From positions 1,280,001-1,344,000 of the forward strand of contig CAVTRC010000001.1 of NCBI GenBank assembly GCA_963737065.1: a stretch of 64,000 bases of DNA. The letters are read 5' to 3'. The stretch's first letter is position 1. Each line of letters starts with the position of its first letter. A program made the translations under genes and the position numbers. Below, piece by piece: positions 9,300 to 18,663 of this stretch. Source of the stretch: Candidatus Eremiobacteria bacterium (GTDB lineage: Bacteria > Vulcanimicrobiota > Vulcanimicrobiia > Vulcanimicrobiales > Vulcanimicrobiaceae). The notes below the pieces were generated by a model, which ran no database searches, was not told the DNA's origin, and worked only from the letters and a program-made list of their open reading frames with translations.

Positions 9300-10038
9300 G
9301 CATCCGTGCCGCGCCAAGAACGCTGCTCGCGGATTCGCTTCGCGCTCGCACTATTTTATCGGCGCATCCGCCCGCAAAAACGCTGCGCAAGATATTGGCG
9401 AACAGCAAGCGATGTCGCCGTCTACGGAAGAACGCGGCGAATCCGGTTTCGCTTTTTCATTGATCTGCGTATGAGAGGGACGGCGTCAACGTCTGGAAGC
9501 GATTCGCACACGATGCGGAACGCGCGTCGGCGAAACCACATTTCGGTGTTGAAGCCTACGTGATCGAGAAGCAGAAACCGCCCAAATTCGACGTCGCGCT
9601 CAGGGCAGACTCCGTGTAGGCCGGTATCGCACGTGGATGCCGTCCAACCGCGAAAACACGTCAGCGCGGACCCTTGCCAACGGAAGAAGCACGGTAGAGG
9701 CGAACGGAAAGCTGTGCCGCCGAAAACGTCGTAGCGTAGTGGTTTTGCATAATGAACGGCTTCGCCTCGCCCTGCGCAAGGACGTCGACGCCGAACGCGG
9801 GCGAACGACCGAGTCCCGGGCAGTCGATCGGTCGTGGGCGCGGTCGTGCTGAACATGATCAACGACTGCGCGGAACGCGCTTTACCGACGAGAGGCCGAC
9901 AGACAGTGCCCCCGACACTCACGCGCTTGGTCGCGCGACCTACGTGACGCGCAATCCGGACAACCCCCGGCTGCAAAGTCGGCACTCGCCGCGTGCGCGT
10001 GACTTTCTTTGTAGCGCCCAGCAGACGGCGACCGTACA

Positions 10039-10761
10039 ATGCGTGGTAAAAGGTCGAAGTTCACCCATCGGAGAGTGCGAGTTTTGTCGAAAGAGGCTGC
10101 CGCGGGCCCACCAGGCGCCCAGCGTAAGATTTACAGTGCGTACGACGAGCCCGGAACAGCGCGAGAAATTAGCCGCCGTCAGTTCATGGCGAATGCGACG
10201 CTGGCCGTGGGCGGCCTCGTCGGCCTTGGTCTAGCGATTCCCATCATCGGATCGCTTATCCCGAAAGGAGGCAGCGGCACGGGAAATTGGGCGCCGCTCA
10301 ATCCCGATGAAGTCAAACAGTTGCAAGATGCGACGTCGAAACCGCTCAAGCTGACGTTCGCGCTGAAATCGAAAGATTCGTATCTGCCGGAGCAGTCCAC
10401 CGAAGAGTACGTGTGGGGCATCAAAGTCACCGATCCGGACAAGTTCAAATCAGCTCGCCCCGACCTCTTCAAGCACGGCGACAATACATTGCCGTACGAC
10501 GTCATCACGATGAGCTTTGTGATCTTCAGCCCGATCTGCCCGCACCTCGGATGCCGCCCGGTGTGGAATGGTGACGCTTCGCGATTCCAATGCCCGTGCC
10601 ACGGTTCGCAGTTCAACTTCGACGGCGAACATCTCGCCGGACCGGCGCCGCGCGGCATGGATCCCCTTCCGTTCAAGGAGCAAAGCGGCACGGCGGACGT
10701 GATGTGGATACGGTATCAATCCGGCGTTCCGGACCGCATCGTCATCTCGTATCAGTCGTAA
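10039..10761 (+). CDS. qcrA: Rieske iron-sulfur subunit of a quinol:cytochrome c reductase
   Basis: Tat motif SRRQFM plus TM helix; CPHLGC and CPCHGSQF boxes; GPAPR. True start may be TTG at 10084. Confidence 0.92.
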   Translation: MRGKRSKFTHRRVRVLSKEAAAGPPGAQRKIYSAYDEPGTAREISRRQFMANATLAVGGLVGLGLAIPIIGSLIPKGGSGTGNWAPLNPDEVKQLQDATSKPLKLTFALKSKDSYLPEQSTEEYVWGIKVTDPDKFKSARPDLFKHGDNTLPYDVITMSFVIFSPICPHLGCRPVWNGDASRFQCPCHGSQFNFDGEHLAGPAPRGMDPLPFKEQSGTADVMWIRYQSGVPDRIVISYQS

Positions 10762-10778
10762 GGAAGGATCGCTCTCGA

Positions 10779-12311
10779 ATGCTCAATTGGATTGAAGCGC
10801 GTACCGGCTTCGTCTCGATGACGAAGGAGTTCCTTACGGAAGACGTTCCCGGCGGCGCGAGTTATTGGTATGTGTTCGGCAGCGCGACGCTCTTCGCGAT
10901 GATCGTGCAGATCGCGACCGGGATTTTTCTTACGTTCTTCTACGCACCATCGGCTGCGACCGCGTGGGAGTCGACGCGCGCGATCTATCTAAATCCGTAC
11001 ACGCACTTCTTGCTTTCGGTGCACTATTGGGGTGCATCGGCAATGATCGCACTCGTCTTCTTGCATCTGCTGCAAGTGTTGGTTTGGGGTGCGTACAAAT
11101 CGCCGCGCGAACTGCAGTGGATCGTCGGCGTCATACTGCTGGTCGTAACGCTCGTGCTCGGTTTGACCGGCTACTTGCTGCCGTGGGATATGGACGCGTA
11201 CTTCGCGTCGCAGGTTTCACTCAATATCGCCGGCCTTCCGCCCGGCGGCGGGATCTTGCAAAGCATCGCGCAGGGCGGCGGCACGATGGGCACCGATACG
11301 ATCAATCGTTTCTTCGGTCTACACGTATGGCTGATGCCGGCCGTGCTCGTTTTACTCGTCGGCGCCCATCTGGCGATTTTCCGCCACAACGGCTCGGCGG
11401 GACCGGTTGTCGACGATCCGCGCAAACTGCGTCCTGGGCGTTTCTGGCCGGATCAGATGTTCATGGACGCCGTCGCATCCTTCGTCGTCTTTTTGATCAT
11501 CATCGCGCTCTCGTTCGCTGCACCGCCCTTCCTCGACGCGAAAGCGGACCCGACGAACGCGGCGTTCGTGCCCTACCCGGCGTGGTATTTCTTGTTCCTC
11601 TTCGGACTGTTGAACTTCGTGCCGGTGTTGCTGCAGGGCAGCCACATTCCGTTCCTCGTTTCGCAAGCGAACGCGCCGTGGGTGGAACTCTTCGCCGCAA
11701 TCGTTGTGCCGACCATCGGCGGACTCGTCGTCCTGTTGCTCCCGTGGCTCGACCGCAGCACGGTGCGCTCGTTCCGCGCGCGCCCGGCCATCCTATGGAC
11801 GACGTTGGTCGTGATCGTCTGCATCGTCGCGCTTTCGTTCTACGCGCAAGCGACGATACAAGCGCACATTGCCGCATCCGGCATCACGCCGCAGACGGAA
11901 GCGCAAGTCCTCGCCGCGCCGGCTTCAAATGAAGGCGGCACGTCAAACGGCACCGGCGCAACGGTCGGCGCACCGGGCGGTTCGAGCGCTGCGAGCCCGC
12001 AGGTCGCTGCGGGACAACAAGTATTCTCGCAAAACTGCTCGACGTGTCACGGCGCAAACGGTCAAGGCCAACCCGGCGTCGCACCGCCGCTTTCCAAGAA
12101 TCCGTTCGTGACCGGTGATCCCAACGCCATCATCAACGTCGTGAAAAACGGACTGCACGGACAAACGGTGATGGGTCAAACGTATGGTGCACCGATGCCC
12201 GCGTGGAAGTCGTCGCTCTCGAAAAAGGACATCGCCAACGTCATCACGTTCATTCGCGGCGGCCTACCGGGCAACAGCGCAAGCGCGGTCAAGGAATCGG
12301 ACGTCAAATAA
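10779..12311 (+). CDS. qcrB: Cytochrome b (b6-like plus subunit IV region) fused to a C-terminal c-type cytochrome
   Basis: Four heme-b His (SVHYW..FLH, GLHVW..GAH), TGYLLPWD, PAWY at the PEWY position, C-terminal CSTCH...MPAW. Confidence 0.9.
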   Translation: MLNWIEARTGFVSMTKEFLTEDVPGGASYWYVFGSATLFAMIVQIATGIFLTFFYAPSAATAWESTRAIYLNPYTHFLLSVHYWGASAMIALVFLHLLQVLVWGAYKSPRELQWIVGVILLVVTLVLGLTGYLLPWDMDAYFASQVSLNIAGLPPGGGILQSIAQGGGTMGTDTINRFFGLHVWLMPAVLVLLVGAHLAIFRHNGSAGPVVDDPRKLRPGRFWPDQMFMDAVASFVVFLIIIALSFAAPPFLDAKADPTNAAFVPYPAWYFLFLFGLLNFVPVLLQGSHIPFLVSQANAPWVELFAAIVVPTIGGLVVLLLPWLDRSTVRSFRARPAILWTTLVVIVCIVALSFYAQATIQAHIAASGITPQTEAQVLAAPASNEGGTSNGTGATVGAPGGSSAASPQVAAGQQVFSQNCSTCHGANGQGQPGVAPPLSKNPFVTGDPNAIINVVKNGLHGQTVMGQTYGAPMPAWKSSLSKKDIANVITFIRGGLPGNSASAVKESDVK

Positions 12312-12367
12312 CAACGGAATATCAAACCGTCGACGGTCGAATGCGCGCATGTCGCAACTGCGCGCGT

Positions 12368-15300
12368 TTATTGTGAGGCGCTTTTCGTGGGCGCGCCGTT
12401 GGTCGCGATCGCCGTACCGCTCGAGCTAATGTTGCCGCATCGTCGTAAAGCGCCAGGACGCGGCTCGTGCATCGAGACGAAGACAATCGGAACGACGAAA
12501 AGCGTAAGGAGCAATGAACTGGTTAGGCCGCCGATTACAACGGTTCCGAGCGCTTGACGATACTCCGCGCCGGCAGTGTGACCGAGCGCAAGCGGCAGCA
12601 TTCCGCCGACCATCGCCGTCGTCGTCATAACGATCGGGCGGAAACGACGTCGCGCCGCTGTTTGAATCGCTTCGAGCGGAGGCATTCCCGAGCGCACCGC
12701 ACGCTCCGCAAACTCGACGAGTAAGATGCCGTTCTTCGCGACGAGCCCGACGAGCATGACTACGCCGAGCATCGAGTAGAGATTCAGCGGCTGACCGACA
12801 ACCCATAACGCGCCGAACGCACCGATGATAGCGAGCGGGACCGTCGCCATGACGACGAGCGGTACCGTGTAGCTGCGATACAATACGGCTAGTACCGCGT
12901 ACGAGAGCAACACCGAGAGGCCGAAGGCGCGGCCCATGGCTGAAACTGCATCGATGAACTGCTCGATGTCGCCGCGCGGCTGCAGAAAAGCGCCCGGCGG
13001 CAGTGCGGCGGGCAACCTCGTCGCAAGATCGCGAACGACGCTTCCGACCGGCGCTCCGTCACGCGCGTTTGCCGTAACCGTGACGATGCGCGCGCGATTC
13101 TCACGATGGATGACGAGCGGTTCCGAGTGCACCACCTCGGTCAGCACATCCGCAAGCGGAACCAAAATTCCGCTTTGGCTACGCACGAACGTCGACGAGA
13201 ACGCCGGCGTGCGGTTTCGCACGTCGACGTCGATCAAGCCGTCATCGGTGCGCACCCGCGTCGCCAAGGCGCCTGCAGTTGCGATGCGCGCCGTTTGCGC
13301 CGCGTCATCCCCGTTGACGTTCAGCACGTCGGCGCGACCCTCGTCGACGCGCCAATCGACGTTCTCAACGCTGCCGACGTCGCTCCGGCGCACGTCGTCG
13401 GCGCGGGGGTTCTCGCGCAGCAACTGCGCGACGTTCCCCGCCGCAACCGACAGCGCAGGTTCACTGCCGGCGATTTGGAACGCGATGGGCGCGGTTCCGC
13501 CCATGCCGCGTCCGCTCTGGAGAATCGTTGCGCCCGGGACCGCGGCCCCCAAGGATTTCGCAAACCGGGCAATCGCGATGCCATCCGACGTCTGATCGCG
13601 CAGTTCGATACCGATTTCTGCAACATTGCTTGCGAGCACGTCGGTCGTTCCATCAAAGGCGCGTCCCGCGGTCGTTACAACGTCGGCGACGGCGCCATTC
13701 TGTAATGTCTGCGACGCAAACACCCGTGCGCCGTCTTGCGTGCGCTGCAACGCCGTGCCCGCGGGGTACGTCAGATCGATCGTCACCTCGCCGCGTCCGG
13801 CAGGCGGCGAAAATTCCGTCGCAACGCTTCCATTGGCAACCGGTACGCACGAGACGAATGTCGCGAGGATCGAACCCGCGATTACCAGCCTCCGATGCCG
13901 CCACGAGGCGGGCAACCACACGTCGGCATAGCGGTGTGCTATCGCCGTTTCGGTGCGTGCGAACGACGACAGTGCGTGCGATACGGCGTTGCGCGCGGCA
14001 TACAATGGTCCAACGCGCATTGTCCACGGTAGGCGTTTCGGTACGCGAATACTGCACGCCCAGCGCGCACAGAGCAGCGGCGCAAGCGTAAACGAGACGA
14101 GCAGCGAGAACGCGGTTGCGATGACGATCACCGCCGCGAACTCACGCATGAATTCGCCCACGATTCCGCCCATAGCGGCAATCGGAGCAAACACCGCGAC
14201 GTCGACGAGCGTGATCGCAATCGTCGCCCCGCCGAGTTCCGCCCGCCCGGCGAGCGCCGCATCCTCTCCGCTCGCGCCGCGTTCCATTGCCCGGGTAATC
14301 GCTTCGATGATCACGATTGAGTCGTCGACCAGGATGCCTACGATCATCGCCAAGCCCATGAGCGAAAGGACGTTCACCGAAAATCCGAACGCGCGCATCA
14401 TCACGAATGTGGCCAGTATCGAGGATGGAATCGCAAGCGCGGCCACGACCGCAGTTCGCCACGCGTGCAAAAACACGAGCATCGTGAGGAGCGTCAACCC
14501 GATGCCCTCGAGGAGCGTCTGCTGGACGCCGGCAACCGCCGCATCCGTGAACGGCTGATCGCTGTGATATTCTTCGATGCGAACGAGCGGAATCGTTTCC
14601 CGCAGTTGCGCGACGGTTCGGCGTACGGAGCCGATTGTGGCTCCGGCTTGCGCTCCGTCTGCGCTCGTGACATAGAGCAATACGGCATCATCGCCGTCGA
14701 ACGTCGAACGCGTCACCGGATCGGCGAAGCCATCGATGACGTCGGCAATTTCGCGAAGCCGTAACGCAGAGGCTGGAAGCTCAACCGTGCGCGCGCCGAC
14801 ATCCGAAGCGGTGCGCGAATCGTCACGCACGTTGACGAGACTCTGCGATGCGCCCGTAACAACCGTTCCTCCCGGATAAAGCGTCGCGGCACCCTGCGTT
14901 GCGCGCAAGACGTCCAACGGCGTTCCGCCGAGAGCTTGCAACGCTTGCGCTCGCGGCATGACGGTAAACGTTCGTTGCGGCTCGCCGTCGACGCGCACGG
15001 TACCGACTCCGGACGTTGTTCGAAGCGCAGGGAGAATCGTCCGATCCAACTGTATCGTCAGCGACCGGAGATCGAGCGCTGCGGACGAGACCGCGAGTTC
15101 GATGACCGGGCGCTGCGATGCATCATCCCGCGTTACGAGCGGCGGCAAAAGATCCGCCGGCAGCTTCACGCGCGCCGCATCCACCGCTTCCTGCACATCG
15201 GACTGCGCGCTTTGCAGCGAAACACCGAAGTGGAAGCGTACCGTCACTTCCGCGAACCCGCTTTGCGTCGATGCCGTGACTCGATCGACGCCGGAGAGTC

Positions 15301-15517
15301 CGTCGAGCGCGTCTTCGAGCGGCTCGATGACGAGGCGTTCCATCTCAGCGGGACTCGCCCCGGGATAGGCTGACGAAACGACGATGCTCGGAAAAGCGAC
15401 GTCGGGCAAAACGCTTCGTCCGAGCAGCGCAAACGAGATCGCGCCCAGGATAGCAACCGCGAGATAAAACAGCGTCACGGCAACCGGATGTTCGAGCGAC
15501 GCGCGCGTGAGCCACAT
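12368..15517 (-). CDS. RND efflux transporter permease (AcrB/AcrD/AcrF family)
   Basis: YPGASPAEME, GILVDDSIVIIE, GLVAKNGILLVE, RFRPIVMTT; 1049 aa. Confidence 0.92.
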   Translation of the reverse strand: MWLTRASLEHPVAVTLFYLAVAILGAISFALLGRSVLPDVAFPSIVVSSAYPGASPAEMERLVIEPLEDALDGLSGVDRVTASTQSGFAEVTVRFHFGVSLQSAQSDVQEAVDAARVKLPADLLPPLVTRDDASQRPVIELAVSSAALDLRSLTIQLDRTILPALRTTSGVGTVRVDGEPQRTFTVMPRAQALQALGGTPLDVLRATQGAATLYPGGTVVTGASQSLVNVRDDSRTASDVGARTVELPASALRLREIADVIDGFADPVTRSTFDGDDAVLLYVTSADGAQAGATIGSVRRTVAQLRETIPLVRIEEYHSDQPFTDAAVAGVQQTLLEGIGLTLLTMLVFLHAWRTAVVAALAIPSSILATFVMMRAFGFSVNVLSLMGLAMIVGILVDDSIVIIEAITRAMERGASGEDAALAGRAELGGATIAITLVDVAVFAPIAAMGGIVGEFMREFAAVIVIATAFSLLVSFTLAPLLCARWACSIRVPKRLPWTMRVGPLYAARNAVSHALSSFARTETAIAHRYADVWLPASWRHRRLVIAGSILATFVSCVPVANGSVATEFSPPAGRGEVTIDLTYPAGTALQRTQDGARVFASQTLQNGAVADVVTTAGRAFDGTTDVLASNVAEIGIELRDQTSDGIAIARFAKSLGAAVPGATILQSGRGMGGTAPIAFQIAGSEPALSVAAGNVAQLLRENPRADDVRRSDVGSVENVDWRVDEGRADVLNVNGDDAAQTARIATAGALATRVRTDDGLIDVDVRNRTPAFSSTFVRSQSGILVPLADVLTEVVHSEPLVIHRENRARIVTVTANARDGAPVGSVVRDLATRLPAALPPGAFLQPRGDIEQFIDAVSAMGRAFGLSVLLSYAVLAVLYRSYTVPLVVMATVPLAIIGAFGALWVVGQPLNLYSMLGVVMLVGLVAKNGILLVEFAERAVRSGMPPLEAIQTAARRRFRPIVMTTTAMVGGMLPLALGHTAGAEYRQALGTVVIGGLTSSLLLTLFVVPIVFVSMHEPRPGALRRCGNISSSGTAIATNGAPTKSASQ

Positions 15518-15640
15518 GATCGGTGAATACGCGCCCCCGTGCAGCGCGCTTTGTGGTTTGCACGGTCATTTACTTCGCATCGAACTATTATCGCGTTTAC
15601 GCATGCGCGGCGCGGCGGGTCTGTGCGCTACCGTTGCATC

Positions 15641-16006
15641 ATGAATACACTCCTTGTTGCAGCGGCGCTTGTCGCCCAAATGAATATGAGCGGCCCACCG
15701 GCCATGTCCGCCGCGGAGCTCGCGAAGACCTCAACGGGCGCGCAGTTGCACTTTGTGTTGCGCATCGACCGGATGCAGCGCACTACCGTCGTCGGACATG
15801 TGCTCGACCCGATCGGCGGCAATGACTACCACGTGAGCGCATCTGTAATTTCCGTCCACGTCGCGAACGATCTGCCGGTCGTGATGGGTTCGCATGACGA
15901 GCTCAGACCGGGCGCGGTCCTCTACGTCTACGGCGTCGCGACAAAACCGAGAGCCGCCGATGCAACCAAGCTCGTAATCATTACGCCGTACGTCAAGACG
16001 CAATAG
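15641..16006 (+). CDS. Hypothetical exported protein
   Basis: Hydrophobic N-terminus, Met-rich segment, beta-rich body; closely followed by the next ORF. Confidence 0.6.
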   Translation: MNTLLVAAALVAQMNMSGPPAMSAAELAKTSTGAQLHFVLRIDRMQRTTVVGHVLDPIGGNDYHVSASVISVHVANDLPVVMGSHDELRPGAVLYVYGVATKPRAADATKLVIITPYVKTQ

Positions 16007-16008
16007 CG

Positions 16009-16404
16009 ATGCTCGTTAGCGACGTAAGCGCGATAAGCGGATGGGCATCGATCGCAGCAATCGTCGCGGCGCTTGGCGCCGGCGTCGGTCTTCGCCGCGT
16101 GAAACGCGCACCTTCGCTCGTGCGCCGCATGCGTCCGCACTACGTCCTCGGCTACGCTGCGGTCGTCTTCGCGTCGATTCATACCATCCTGGCAACCTCG
16201 CTCGTGCGCGAAACGCCGAGTACCGGGATACGGTTCGCAACCGTCGCCTTTATCGCGCTCGGTGCGCAAACGTTCGTGGGAGCAAGTTTACAAGAGCCGG
16301 GCGCTTATCGGCGCGTGCTGCGCGCGTGGCATCTTTCGACGATCGCCGTACTCGCGCTTACGCTCGCCGTTCACGTTATGGTAAACGGCGCGTTTGCGAT
16401 GTAG
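16009..16404 (+). CDS. Small 4-TM membrane protein, possible di-heme cytochrome b
   Basis: Four hydrophobic helices; two His pairs each 14 residues apart. Confidence 0.6.
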   Translation: MLVSDVSAISGWASIAAIVAALGAGVGLRRVKRAPSLVRRMRPHYVLGYAAVVFASIHTILATSLVRETPSTGIRFATVAFIALGAQTFVGASLQEPGAYRRVLRAWHLSTIAVLALTLAVHVMVNGAFAM

Positions 16405-16972
16405 CCTCGTCATCCGTCGTCCATCCCGGCTTCCATTTCGAGTTCTGCAGGTTCGCAATCGCGGTCTTTGTCCACGCGATATCCGCCTGCACACGGTTTG
16501 TTGCATGCGTCATCGCGAGCAGGGCGGCTGCTCCACGATCCTCCGGTTTCCCATATAAGCGCAAGAGCCGCTTTTCGTGTGCCGTGAGCGCGGCGAGGCG
16601 TTGCGTCAAGAACGCGCGAGCATCTTCGCGTGGAAACTGTCCGAGCAGCACGCAGGCCACTTCGAACGTGGCGTCCGGAATTTGGGGATCGTTAAAGACG
16701 GCTGCCATTACGCTATCGAAGCGCCTGCGGCCGTTCGGCGCTACCTGGTAGACCGTTTTTGTTTTTCGGGGTCCGCGCGCTGCGGCTTCCGAGCGGGCGA
16801 CGATCATCCCGTTCGCCTCGAGCTGCGCGAGCTGTTCGTAGATATTTCCGCGTGCAAGCGCGCGATAAAGCGGCCCATGCATCTTCACCGCGCGCGTGAG
16901 GTCGTATGCGGAGAGCGGCCCGCGTCGCAGAATACCGAGAACGAGCAGTTCCCGTCCAGCATCAAGTGCCAT
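16376..16972 (-). CDS. PadR-family transcriptional regulator
   Basis: LLVLGILRRGPLSAYDL...GNIYEQLAQLEANGMI...KTVYQVAPNGR. Confidence 0.85.
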   Translation of the reverse strand: MALDAGRELLVLGILRRGPLSAYDLTRAVKMHGPLYRALARGNIYEQLAQLEANGMIVARSEAAARGPRKTKTVYQVAPNGRRRFDSVMAAVFNDPQIPDATFEVACVLLGQFPREDARAFLTQRLAALTAHEKRLLRLYGKPEDRGAAALLAMTHATNRVQADIAWTKTAIANLQNSKWKPGWTTDDEATSQTRRLP

Positions 16973-18614
16973 TGCACGGAGGTCCGTCGACCAAATACAG
17001 CGCGCCGCTGCCGTTCGTATGGACGAGCGTTCGCGTGCGGCCATAGAGCGGATCGACCGTGGGCCGTTTCTTCTGTGTGACAAGCCAGACGCGCGGGTGC
17101 GCGCAGATGACGTTGCGCGCCGGCTGTCCTTCGTCGCTGGTCATAGCGCCGGGCGGCGCCAGCGCGTAGACCGGCGGCATCGTGTAAAACAAGAGTGCGT
17201 TCGCACCGCGAAAGTCTTGAATCGCCACGGCGTCGCCCGCTCTGCGGCGCTGATCGATGATGCGTGCGAAGTCCGGAACGGGCTTGAACTGTTCGGCGTG
17301 CGGCAACGCGACGATCGCAAGAATGTCGACCGCAACCAGCGTCGCCGCGCTGAGCGCATACGGAGCCCATTCGATCGTGGACCGGCGGAGCAGCAGAAGC
17401 GTCGTGATCAGGGATCCGATGAAGATCGCGAGCCCGAATTCGATCAAGTCCGGCGCGACGCTCAGCGCGGACGCCGTCAATTTGTTATCGCGGACGAAGA
17501 CGGTGACCGCAATCGCGCAGAGGCCGATGAAGATCGGAACGCTCGCTGCGGACATCACGATCGAACGGCTCGTACCCTTGCGAAGAACCGCATCGAAGTA
17601 CAAGGCGACGATTAATGCGAGCGCGGGGCATTCGAGCGCGATGTAGTTGGGAAGCTTCGTTGCGGCCAAACTGAAGAACACGAACGGCACGACGATCCAT
17701 GTGAATGCGAGCCGCCACAGTCGCGCGATGTTATTCGGCGTCGCGGGCGAGCGAAGAGCACGCACACCGTAGACAATTGCCATCGGAAGGAATGCAATCC
17801 ACGGGAAAAAGCCCAGTATGACGACCGGAATGTAGTACCATACAGGCCCCGCTTGATTTTCGATAACGCCGGTGTAGCGTCCGATCGTGTAATGCCCGAT
17901 GAGTTGAACGAGCGCGCGTGTTCCCGAGTGAACGGCGATTGCAATGAGCCACGGCGCGACGATTGCCACGTAAGCGAGCAGTCCGCCGATCCAGCCGCGC
18001 GCGGTCGGTAGATGCGTCGGCTCTTCTCGGTGGTTCCAGAATGCAAAGGGTACGATCACGAGCAACGCGACGACGGGTGCAACCGGTCCCTTCGCAAGGA
18101 AACCGAATGCTACCGCAATCCATCCGTAAATGAAATACCGGTTGCGCCCGGTTTCGAGCGAGCGAAACCACCAGAAGATTGCGAGCGCGACGGCGAGATC
18201 GAGCAGTGCGTCCATGATCGCGAGCCGCCCGATAACGGCTTGGAACAAGCAGCTGGAAAGGACGATGCTCGCGCACACGCCGATCCGCGTTCCCGCTTGG
18301 CGCGAAACGGCATAGCCCGTCATCGCACCCATGACGATCGTCGCAAGTGCCGAGGGCAGCCGCAATGCAAACGCCGAGAGGCCGAACGCCTTGACGAACA
18401 GCGCGGCAATCCAAAAATAAAGCGGCGGCTGAACGAACCATGGGGCGCCGTTGAGATGCATCACGACCCAATCGTGCGTGAGAAGCACCTCGCGAGCGAC
18501 CTCCCCGTAGGCGGTTTCACTGTTGTCCCACAGCGTTCCGACGCCGAGGCCGGGGAGCGTGATAAGCGCCGCGATAACAGCACCGACAAAAGCCGCACGC
18601 GCGGGTCTCTCCAT
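16962..18614 (-). CDS. ArnT/PMT-like (GT-C fold) membrane glycosyltransferase
   Basis: LWDNSETAYGEVARE, QPPLYFW, RLPSA, LAKGP, TKLPNY; polytopic. Confidence 0.88.
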   Translation of the reverse strand: MERPARAAFVGAVIAALITLPGLGVGTLWDNSETAYGEVAREVLLTHDWVVMHLNGAPWFVQPPLYFWIAALFVKAFGLSAFALRLPSALATIVMGAMTGYAVSRQAGTRIGVCASIVLSSCLFQAVIGRLAIMDALLDLAVALAIFWWFRSLETGRNRYFIYGWIAVAFGFLAKGPVAPVVALLVIVPFAFWNHREEPTHLPTARGWIGGLLAYVAIVAPWLIAIAVHSGTRALVQLIGHYTIGRYTGVIENQAGPVWYYIPVVILGFFPWIAFLPMAIVYGVRALRSPATPNNIARLWRLAFTWIVVPFVFFSLAATKLPNYIALECPALALIVALYFDAVLRKGTSRSIVMSAASVPIFIGLCAIAVTVFVRDNKLTASALSVAPDLIEFGLAIFIGSLITTLLLLRRSTIEWAPYALSAATLVAVDILAIVALPHAEQFKPVPDFARIIDQRRRAGDAVAIQDFRGANALLFYTMPPVYALAPPGAMTSDEGQPARNVICAHPRVWLVTQKKRPTVDPLYGRTRTLVHTNGSGALYLVDGPPCNGT

Positions 18615-18663
18615 ATTGGCGGACGGTTTTTGGCGCGGGGATGAGGAACTCATCCGAAAGTCC

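Noticed and set aside
9300..10040. ORFs 9422-10039 (-), 9752-10234 (+) and neighbours
   Set aside because: Arg/Pro-rich shadow-like translations with no motifs; possibly a gene remnant plus the qcr promoter region, but unsupported.
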